The notes under the pieces were generated by a model. The model was not told where the DNA came from and made no database searches. It saw only the letters and a program-made list of their open reading frames with translations. A stretch of 64,000 nucleotides of DNA from Laetmonice hystrix. Taxonomy: Eukaryota. Position 1 is the first letter of the stretch. Every line of letters begins with the position of its first letter. A program made the translations under genes and the position numbers. The stretch is from contig OZ249436.1 of assembly GCA_965235115.1 (NCBI GenBank), forward strand, positions 39,000,001-39,064,000. The letters are read 5' to 3'. Shown here piece after piece: positions 38,900 to 49,900 of this stretch.

Positions 38900-41178
38900 G
38901 TAAGGTCGGGTAATATGGGCACCCTTTTTACATTTGGTTGTCGAATGAAAGAAACGTATGATAGTACATCCGTCTAAAGTTTATATGAAACAGTTTTGAT
39001 TTCTCAAGAACATAAGCTATTCATAAACTCTTTTACTGTTCGCTTTTTTTTTTAAATCGACGATATATAATTTCGTCAAACATGCCCATATTACCCGAGA
39101 GCGTGGGAAATATGGGCACCCGTGCTCATATTACACTCTCAACGGGATGCTCATATTACCTATATTGATTTGTTATAGGAAGGAGGACTGTTGAAATGGA
39201 AAGGGCGCATAATTCAGTAAAATACCTAAAACCGCTATACCCCAAATTTAACAGACCACAACATGATCCAATTCTAGAATTTCAGCAGACCTACATTAGT
39301 AACCACATTCGAATATTTCTGATTAATATTGATAATCGAAAAGTGTGCCCATATTACCATTAACCGTTTATAATGTAGATGTATGGAAGACAAATGGAGG
39401 GTAATATGAGCATCGTATATAGCCGCCTTTACATTATGGTCTACTTCAAGTGGACCATGCTCGGACCGGACAGGTGTAAGCTCCCAGACTATACCCCCCT
39501 TCAAAGTATACCCGGGTAGATTCTATAGGAGCTCCTAGAATCTAACTGGGGGTAGATTACAGACAGGAAAAGGGGTAGATTGTGGGAGCTCTCAGAATCT
39601 ACCCCTGCCTCCTAGAAGCTACCCCCTGATATCGGACCGGTCCACTTTAGGTCCAGACTGACAGATTTTGTAAACGGGGCTGTCATTTAGATAGTAGTGT
39701 CGGAGTCCCATTTTTTTTTCAAATTGATCTGATAGTTTTGTACATGATATAAAGTCAATTGTCAGTAGCCTCCGTCATAGGCCGTCTAAATTACAAGAAT
39801 ACCAAACGTTTAATGCCTTATGATGCATGCAGCACTTTAATTTCACACATGTTGACGCAACCACATGGCAACTGTAGGCCTACTAAATTTTATAATCTGT
39901 CTTACTTTTACCACAACAACGAAAGTCCTCACGAGTTAATGCTACCAGTGTTCCTATACTCCCCAGGACGGACCGTCTATATTATATAGCTAGGCTATTG
40001 TAGACGGTTGTAGACGGATTGTGGACCCTTTTTCTCTTTCCGTAGACTTAAGGAAAGAGAAATGGGTCCACAATCCTGTTAGCGGCAAGTAGGGCCTACA
40101 AGACTGTGCGGCGGAATAGACTAAATTTGTACAATGTTCTCCCGGGGACACCTTTGCAACGCTTAGACTCTATGATCAAAACTTTTTAACACAAGTCACA
40201 TTGAAAGGAAAATTGATGTTTTCCGACGCCGGCACATTCACCGTGCATCAATGCTTTGCAATATTAACACTGTAGGCCTAGTATCCAAAACCGTCCAAAA
40301 CTCTGGCTTCGTTGTTGAGAATTTTTTCTCTTCCCAGTCTTCGTTATTTCGCCCCCTTTCTTGTCAGTATAGCTTTGGGCCCACTTGGCTGCATGGGTTT
40401 TTCTTGTTTTTTTGTTGGATGCACACTTAATTCCATCGGTAGGCCTAGATATTTCTAGGCCTAGATCTATAGGCCCATGGGCCTCTTCTTCCTACAAACC
40501 ATCTCAGATTTTCCTTTGGCACTTGATCTTTTTTTCTTTGCCTCGACTTCCAGTTTATGGGGAGAACTTGTTATAATGGTAGCATGACGGATCTTTCGCT
40601 TTTTGGTCGTTGCTTTGGGTTGAGCCAATGTGCTTGGACATTTAATCAGATCATGGAATGACACTGCATCATTAGGAGTAGGCCTAGACCTCTCTATAGG
40701 CCTACTATATGCCCTAAGTGCAATAAATTCAGCGCGGATAATATGGGAACCACTTGGGGTAATATGAGCACCGTGCTCATATTGGATTTTTTCGTGGGGC
40801 CCATATTACCCAGCGGGATAGCGCGCCAAATTCTTCGCTGGCATCAAACACACGATCGGTATTCGCCTATTATCGTCATCGCTGCTCTTTCTTCGGAAGG
40901 TTTATAACCTCTCAAAACTCAAATGACCACCATACTCCAATTTCTTCAGAATCTAGAAGGCATCATGTTCATAGAAAAATCTTAAGGAAATGAACAAAAA
41001 ACAGGCAAAGCGACTCACCTCAACGATCTTAACAACCTTGACAATCAAAGACGCGCGTCATCAACGTCATAAACCGAACTACAGTGTAACACAAGGTTGC
41101 AGCACCAATTCTGCATAGATTATGAAATATGCAGGGTGCCCACATTACCCGCTATGCCCATATTACCCGACCTTACCC
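38900..41178 (-). mobile_element. pogo/Tigger-like (DDE_1) deletion derivative
   Basis: TIRs GTAAGGTCGGGTAATATGGGCA / TGCCCATATTACCCGACCTTAC. Minus-strand remnants KRKIRHATIITSSPHKLEVEAK (40664-40467) and a PHD-like C*YCKALMHGECAG..FQCDLC (~40270-40186) resemble pogo-like transposase C-termini. Confidence 0.7.
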
Positions 41179-41612
41179 TAAGTCATGACCTCCAATTAAC
41201 TTTGACGTATTTGAATCTATTAGCCTATCGGTCATTGAACAACATTCTCTCTTTCATTCAAATTCCAGCAGTTTTCCCGTTCAAAGGCCCCATCCTCTGC
41301 AATCGCTACCTTTCATTGCACACCCATATACATCAAATGTGTGAGAAAACTTCACATACCCGTAGTACCAATATCTGCAATCCAGTTATGCCGTACACGT
41401 GTGACGTACGCACGTGGTATGTTGCAAACATAATGCGATAGATGGCGCTTTATTACAGTGCATGCTTTCTGGGAAATCGCGGTGGTCCAATTTACCAGAC
41501 GGGTTCAAATTACACGGACTTACTATACATGAAACATTCATGAATGCCACTCAACACCTGCATAGATCTAGACCATAGGCCTAGGCCTAGGCTATAGTAG
41601 GCCTAGATCTAT

Positions 41613-44600
41613 CATGAATTCCATCGTGACGGAATTACACATGAACGCCGGATCAGCAGTTTTCATCCGGAATAAATAGACTCTTCTTCAATAGGAATTC
41701 CTGACTTTACCTATTATTTTCTAGATGCCTTCCTGTATTTTTTCGGTTGCTGCCTTGGCGGAAGTGAGCGGATAACTTCCGTGACGGAATTACACGCTTT
41801 GACATGATGTTTTTATGTTTGCAGGGGTCAGGCGCGTGTCCATAGGGGGGGGGGGTCCAGGGGGTCCGGACCCCCCTGCTGCCACAGAGCATAGATTTTT
41901 CTAAGCATTTCCACCGTTTTGAACCCCTTCAGCGATTTTTTCTAAGCATTTCCGCCGTTTTGAACCTGTTGATCGATGAATCTACAAAATATAATGCCCT
42001 AAAATGGCCCCTAAATGGCGGGAATCGCGTTTCAGAGCTTCTAATTTAAAAAAATATATCTGAGACCCCCCCCCCCCCTGCTGAAAATCCTGGACACGTG
42101 CCTGGGGGTTTCTCAGTTTCCTGCTCTCCAGAGTGTTCTAGATCAATCCTAAACCACCCTTATTATATAGCAGATAATAAGGAAGATTTAGCCATCTAAA
42201 TAAGACTGTTACATGCTTTAGCTTTATATTGACACCCGTATAAAGCCGTTGGGTGCCTTGAAATTCCGTCACGTTACGGAATTACAGTTGCTGTAATTCC
42301 GTCACACTAATGAGGTATAGGCCTATAGATTTATGATTCTATAGAATTTATTTTTAAAATTCATATCACTGTAACGAGGCCTAATCGCAGGAAACAAGCT
42401 GTAGGCCTATTGAACATGTGGAACAAAGGTCAACTAACGCAATGGCAACGTAAGTGATATAAAAAGTAGGCTAAATTATGAGCCGGAACAGGCAGAAAGT
42501 GAAGGCTGATAACAAATTGGCCGAACAAATATAGGTTATAGTCTACTTCCATACCACCGTCATATGTGAAAATCTATGAGGTGATTTCAAGACGACAGAG
42601 TTACTTGGCCTAAAAGCTGTGAGGGTGTTCCATTTATAAAGAGCAGAAAAAGCTTTGCTAAGTCGAAAAATCATCGTCGATAATGCCATAATCTTCCCCA
42701 CAGGACTCGTGAAAAAAAGGTGGCATATCCTACACATAGATCTAAGCCAGTCCTCAGTTGATTTAGGATCGGATGGGTCACGAGAGACAAAGCAGCAGCT
42801 TGTACATTCAGAGTCGTCCTGCTTTGTCTTCTTTTGCTCACCCTGCAATGTCTTGTTTCGATATGCAGGCCTAGCTGATACTCGATCACAGCATTTGGCT
42901 GGAGGTTTACAAGAGGCAACGGCAGTCTCGCTTCCTTCACGCATTGCCCTGGAACTGGATTCTGTCCAGGAAGGTCAGGTCGTTGACCGAAGTCTATAGG
43001 ACCGCCTACGGCATCTTCAACATGGCATAGCGTAGAGGGACGTCTCTGTGTCTTACGTCTTCTGTATAATAATTCTGTAAATCTTTCTCACCAGTTGTTT
43101 GAACACAGTGTGTATAGAAGGGCCTAATAATTATTGTCCTGGGGGAATGTCTGCAGTCCATTCCACAAGACAAAGGTGCCCAAATCTTGACATTGCTGTT
43201 CAATGACGTCCTCATTCATAACAATGACATGAATGTCTGTCTCACACGATCTGATCACATCAGCAAATGTTTCAGCATTACTCATCATCTTCGTCCCGGA
43301 CATGATCAAACGATGAGCCATGCGTTTCACATTCCCGCCAAGGCCATATAGTTTGGCCCTTTTCCGTGGGACGTTGCGAAAAAGCTTCACGTGATTTTGA
43401 ATGATCGGTATTTCTCTAGCTTCGACAACAAGGCAAATATATATCTTCTTAATTTGACTTGATGGACCATCTGTCCGGGATGTCGGATCACCTCAACATT
43501 CGGAGGTTTTGTTTCATCTAGGCCTATATGATCTCAAAGGACTGGTGTACGCCACCGCTGCCGACTTTTCATGATCACGGCAGTCGCTGACTATAACACA
43601 ACACTGGCGGATCCAGGATTTCACTAAAGAGGGGGCACAGAAAAGCAATTCATGATTGTTTGCATTACTAATTAAAGCTCATGCTCTTGAATGAGAGTGT
43701 TAGAGGTAGGCCTATAGGCCTACAGGCCTACATAGATCTAGGCCTAATAGCTCGGGGTTTCCCTGCGACACACCGTCAATGTTAAAATTAATTAAAAATG
43801 ATAGGCTATAGCCGTGTACGCCTATAATTAGTGAAGCTAAAGGGGGGGGGGGGGGCACGTGCCCTCTGTGCCCCTCTCTGGATCCGCCTTTGCACAATGA
43901 CATGGTATGTTCACGATGGTGGACCAACAGTGTATATTGAAACCTGCCTTTGCCGCCAATGTGCGCTCTGGATTTGATTTTGTCATACGCAAGTAAAGTT
44001 TTCTGCAACTCCATTTGGTCCATTTGCAGTAGACACGTGTTGCTGCCTGGTTCCATGACGTTGGTTTCTGATTGGTTATAGGAGGAAGCCTGATTCTCTT
44101 TAATAAAAGAATGTCAGAAGAATAGGGGTAGCTGACTTGCTAGGTCTTGAAATGCGTCGGTTGTTGATGGTTTTTTTTACAAAGCCGTCTTTTTCAGTCC
44201 ATTGCCACCAACTGAAGACAGAGTCTTCTATTACCTGATCTCTAAACTGTTGGTTGAAGAGCTTTGAAGGCCTACCTTCCATATTAGGCCTAGATCTATA
44301 CCAGGCCCTTAACCTTCCGGGTGGGTGGAGTGGGGGTGGGGGATTTAGATGGGCCAAATGAGACCATCACGAGGGCCGAAGAAATTTCAGGTTATTTTGG
44401 TGACATCTGGTGCATTTTAGAACACAAAATAAGGTATGGCAGCGACGTTCAAGTTTCGAGTAAAAAGTTGGGGGGGGGGCAAAAGATAGACTGCCCCCCC
44501 CCCCCCCCATTTCAGAGTGGTGGGTCATGGCCATGGGTCATTTTATTTATTTTATTTCCAATATGGAACACAGTGGCTGGGTTACGGTAACTGCTCGGTA

Positions 44601-45435
44601 TATGGTAACCTAAAGGGTAAAACAAAATCTTAGGGATGGGCAACTGCCATCCCCCTTCCCCCGACTACCCCCCTCCCCCCCCCCCCCCAGCTCTACAGGC
44701 TACCCTTGGATTCTGTTTGAGTCCTTCGCTCACGTTGACGCTCCGTTGCTATTTCCCCCAGGGCCGCCCAAGATTCTGCACGTAAGCAGGGCAGGGCCCA
44801 AGAAACTTTTGGAATCATGGGGGGGGGGGGGGGGGGGGGGCGATATGACGGAATTACATTCACGTGTAATTCCGTCACGACGTTAATTGTAATTCCGTCA
44901 CGGCTTGCTTTTAAATATAAACCACACTAAAACAATATATCATGATTATTTTCAGAAACAGCATTAAAAAACTTTGTTAAAAACGGAATTTTATGAAATA
45001 TCACGAAAAAATAACAGTGCCATGTGAACGAGATTGAAAATATTGTGACGGAATTACATTGACCACTTGTTATTCTTCAAAGGTCAGACCGTCGTCCGTT
45101 AAATACACCCAATCCAAAAATAAACGTCACTCTGTAATCTACAGGAGTTTATCTTTAAAATGATATATAATATATGCCAGGTATCCAGATATGGTTGCGA
45201 TGTAGGAACGGTTGACATCAGCAAAAACTGGACCTTGAATTTGGCGCCACATTCCTTCTTGGGTAGGTCACTTTGCGCATGCGCAGTGGGTGGGGCACTT
45301 GCAAAATACAGATTGACATTGACGTAGACGTAGGCCTAACAGAAAAGTCGTAAGGAACAGAATGATACTATATGCAAGCACGTGCCTGGAATTCTCAAAT
45401 CTGATGTTCATGTCCCGATTTGCGTGGAATTCATG
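41613..45435 (-). mobile_element. Decayed DDE DNA transposon (Sola-type motif set; superfamily uncertain)
   Basis: Minus-strand, frameshifted motifs in order: LLQMD/AENFTCV*QNQIQSAHWRQRQVSIYTV (~44030-43925), TDGPSSQIK (~43475) and FFATSHGKG/GLGGNVKR (~43385-43320). Subterminal GTGACGGAATTACA repeats; short putative TIR CATGAATTCCA. Boundaries are tentative. Confidence 0.7.
41829..42104. mobile_element. GC-rich hAT-like MITE with 5-bp TSD
   Basis: CAGGCGCGTGTCC ... GGACACGTGCCTG flanked by GGGGT on both sides. Confidence 0.75.
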
Positions 45436-45550
45436 CTATAGGCCTACAGAGTGTCCCAGAAAAATAGGCCTACCCCAATCCTGTGAAAAAGGTATGACCA
45501 ACTCGTGAGACTTGGTATTATACCACTAGGCTATAAGAGGCCTAATCATG

Positions 45551-45840
45551 CAGTGGCGGATCCAGGATTTTCGGTTGGGGGGGGGGGGCAAAGTTGATTT
45601 TATCCAGCTGAAATTAATTTGGTACCAATATGACGGCGCGGGCGCCAGCCGGTGGGGGGGGGGGGCGCCACCAGTGGGAGGGATATTCCCTCCCAGCGGC
45701 GGGGTCTGGGGGCCTCCCTTAGAAAATTTTGAAAAAAGGATGCAAATTGGAGGCCTAATTGACTATAAGACAGACTAGGCCTACATTAGAAAGATTTTAG
45801 GGGGGCATGGCCCTTTTGGCCCCCTTTGGATCCGCCACTG
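45551..45840. mobile_element. CAGTGGCGGATCC-terminated hAT-like MITE
   Basis: TIR CAGTGGCGGATCC / GGATCCGCCACTG; related ends at ~43602-43892 and ~48640; no TSD visible. Confidence 0.75.
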
Positions 45841-46082
45841 CTAGGTTTCCCATAAAGTAGATGCAATATAGACCTATGCTTTCCAATGATACCTTTCCTC
45901 CAGTCATGCATCACACATCATTGTTTTGATAAATGTAGGCCTATGTCCAACCCCATTTGTTACAGATCATGGTAAAACCTTGGAGTCGAAGATACGATAA
46001 TAGGAGCACACCCAACCATGAACAGAGAAACAAGACTTTTATCAATTGATGATATTGACACATTTATTCACAATTAATTAGC

Positions 46083-46870
46083 TATAGAGTAGAGCGGGGC
46101 GAGACGCCCCCTTGAGGAAAGACGCCCCCCAGTGTTAACTCAGTTATTTATCCTTGAGTTGGGATTCCCTAGCAGTTATTTTATGCACTAATGGACGTAG
46201 TGTTGACGCCAGGCCATAGAAGACGATTTGCGATATTTTCATGAAAGTAGGTCAACATTACATTTTATGAATATTTTCGTATAAGGTTTGCGCAACACTC
46301 TTGTCCTCTGGTCACATTACCTTTGTGTGATTCAGCCTAAGTACTATCATGATAACATAACAGAAGTAATTATCTGTAAATAGGGGAAAAGAGTTCGACC
46401 ATCCACGCCGAAGATTTTATGTCACGCTCGCCTCGGTAAAAAAATATAGGCCTACCCGTGAGGCAAGATGCTCAGAAAACGCATCTCCGGCATTCCTGAA
46501 AAAAAATCTGACCGCCAGGGCCCGCCTACGATGGCCATGGATTATCCCCCCAACCAAAAAGAGCTTCCTACGCCTATATGAGGCATGGCATGTCGACCTC
46601 ATGTTGAATGCCGGCTCATCATTCTTGAATGTTACGAGGTGGACTAGTGTAAACTTTGTTTTTCAAATATACGTATTCAAAAATTACGTAAGATGACATA
46701 AGCTAATCTGTCCTCATCAAAATGATCTCCCTTGTCTTCCAGGTCAAGCAAGGCGGTAGACACTCCTTTTCACTGCATGGTTTGTCCCAACTGTAACAAA
46801 TATGGTTACACAGCGAGCTGCATGGGGCCTGAGAAAAAGGGGTTATTCTATGTCTGCCAAGAGAACCAAA
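46083..46870 (+). mobile_element. Degenerate pogo-like transposon remnant
   Basis: Starts TAGAGTAGAGCGGGGCGAGACGCCCC with a repeated GACGCCCC motif; Cys-rich PHD-like relic near 46780-46870. Weak. Confidence 0.4.
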
Positions 46871-46960
46871 TAAAACCAAACATTCGTTAAATTAAGATAT
46901 AGGCCTACTCGGGCCCAATTTATTTTTGTCTTAAATTGTTCGTGCATGGTGTAGCCTTAA

Positions 46961-49900
46961 TTAATTAGGTCGGACGGATGTTCGCCCCCGCTTACTCTCG
47001 GTGCGTCGTTCTTTCTTCATCTCGAGTACAAATTCCTGTCGAACGCGCTCATTGTGAAACTTCCGGTCAGCGTCAACGGCAGCACTCATTACTTGCTTGC
47101 TTTCTTCCTCGAACTGAAGCATGTAAAAGAGAAAAGTAAACTGCGTGTAGTACAAACAGGGCCGATCTCCCACTTTACTGAAAGCCAAAGGTATAAAAGT
47201 AAATTTTGTGATCAAATTTCCTGTTTATTGCCTTTTTTTCTTTCTTTTTTTGGCGGACTGGGTAAAAAATGTATAATATACAGAAATAGGCCTAATCAGG
47301 AGGAGCAAATCTGACAGACATTCTTCCTTCAATTGCTGTTTCTTGGCCTAAAGCTTTACATCACACACTGACCCCTCCCTCCCCACCGCCCACCCCACCC
47401 TTGCCGGGACTCCGTATCTATGTGCCGTGATTCCTGGTGGCACAGAGACACGCCCGCAGCCAAAGGGTGAGGGGGGGGATTGGTTGGCTCGCCCTCCCAA
47501 ATTTTAATGGACGGAGGACCACTCTCTTTTTCGAGCCCATGCAGAACCTTTTTTCTTCAGCTTTCAGTGAAGCCTAAACTTTCGTCAATACAGCCCTGGC
47601 TGTAAGTCCACTCAGACTGCAGCTCTTTCCCAAAAATCTTCCTTCTCCCCAAAACGACCCACCCCTTTAGAAATCCCAGCGTCGGAAATGTGAAGGCATG
47701 CCTTTCCAGATCCCATTGACATGGAAAAGACAATAAACACACCTTGCTCTTTCCTGGGGGTTCTCGTGTTATTTCGAGTGGCGTGGGGACATCTGCGGCC
47801 ACACCCAGATGACCTCTTTGCACAGATTGCCTCTGTGTCCAGGCCTGAGCGATATCTTTGTTCATGACGTCTGTTTGGGAGGGCAGCCGTTTGCTCTGAG
47901 TGTTCCTTTCTAGGGACGGCCCATGATTCAATACGAGAGGAGCAGTGGATATGTTGGAAACATCCGACCTTGAACTCGTTCCTGATACAGCATCACGCTG
48001 TCTCTTTCTTGGGGGAAGTTTGATTCTTGTTAGTGCATGCGAATAGTAGAGAGAGAAGTTGTTAACGACGATTGGCACGGTGAAAGCTATCACCAGTACA
48101 CCACATATAACACACAGCGAGCCCACGCCATAACCAACGTAGTTTAATGGGTATTTGTCGCCGTATCCGACAGTGGTCATGGTGACGAGAGCCCACCAGA
48201 TTCCAATAGGGATGTTGGGAAAGTTATCCTTCTCGGCAAAGTGAATGATACTTGCAAACATGAGCACGCCTGACATTAAAAAGACTATCATCAACAGGAG
48301 CTCTTTGGCGCTTACTTTGATTGTATAAGCCAGAATCTTAAACGCGCTGTAATGTTTCATCAGTTTGAAAATCCGCAGTATGCGTACAATTCGTAACATG
48401 GTAAATGTTTTCAATGGAAATGCGGCGCTGCTGACATTCAGGCCACCAAGAACGATCCCAATGTAATGAGGCACAAGGCAAACGACGTCTATCACGTTCA
48501 TCGCACTCCTCCAGAACTGAAGCTTATTTGGGGCGAAGATAAACCTGAAAATAATCCATCAATAGGTCATGTTTTAGGCTTTCAAGGGTTTTGTTTATAT
48601 GGAAGCCCCCTCCCACCCACCAACCCATGCACCCCAGGATCCGCCACTGATAAGTGGCAAAAGAATGTCTCCATCCACTTGGCATCCAGTTATAAGCCAC
48701 AGGTCTATATTTCTTTCCAAAAGTGGGTGATATTTACTAACGTAGATCTATGCAAGAAACGTTCAGCCATTTACCTGATTAGGACCTCTATCGTGAAAAA
48801 GGCTACCGAAATATAGTCCAGGACAACCAAGACCGGGTGAGGCACTGGTGAGTACACTGGTTTGATGAGAGAGCTCGCGTTGACTGCCCTACAACAACCG
48901 CAACTGTTAGCCGTCCAGAGAACAGGGTCCGGGTCCGGGTCCAGGAGGTTGATTCGAACGCCTGTCTTCTCGTCAACCTGGAAGAGTTTGTGTGTCTCCA
49001 ACACGAAAATGGTGATCGACAAGGCCACGAAGAACATGGAAACAACTGCGTATACCTGCGAAGTATAAGAGAAAGAAAACTGTCAGAGTCCGTATAATCT
49101 ATACGGTAACCCAGAAGTACAATTCATTCACATAGGGCAAAGCATTGTATCTAGTTTCATTTCGTGACCCGGAAGTAGATATGATAGTGCATTGTCGTGT
49201 CATTGACATTGTCGTTTCATGACGCGAGACCAGACGCGAGACCAAAGCCTTTTACAGTGAAAAAAAACTTGAGATTCCCATGATGCTCTGGTGCTGCGTC
49301 CTTCTCTTTTTGGCTTTCGCTGGGTGCAGACGTTTTTGAACTTCTACACAGTACTTACGAAGATTGTTGTGGAGTTGTTTTGTTTTGGTGAGTGTGATTT
49401 GTTTATTCGGGTCACGTTGTCAGCCAGATGGCTTTGTTTAAGTCTGTTGAGACGTTCGAGACAGATGCCAATGACGAGAGAGAATCTCCCACTCACGGAG
49501 CCGGCAGGCTCGATAACCTTGACGGTTGGCCACCATCCACTGCCGCGGCTGGCTCTCCGGATTGTGGTGGTGGTGGACGACCAGGATCCCCGGGGCCCAG
49601 TAAAGGTAAAAGAAAGTGCAATCTAATTAAAATTAGATCTTAGTTATTTCGCATGCGCTACATACTAGGATCTAACGGCATGCCGTATGGGGTCACCTCA
49701 GGCTGACCTTTGACCCAGATTCAAGTGTGCCGTTGAAAATGCCTACGAGCGCACACCGAAGATTTCGTAGGCGGCTCGCTGATTGGCTGAATCCCGAGGT
49801 CAACCTGAGGTGACCCCTAATGGGATGTCCTTAGATCTAGGTATGGAGCGCAGCCAGCACCGACACAGCCGAGAGAGACGCGGAATACCAAGATCTAATT

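Larger units (their letters stand above)
37103..41524. mobile_element. Outer TIR element of a nested cluster
   Basis: TCCGTGTAATTTGAACCC (37111) pairs with GGGTTCAAATTACACGGA (41501); internal TGTAAATTGGACCA motifs occur on both sides of the nested inserts. Confidence 0.7.
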
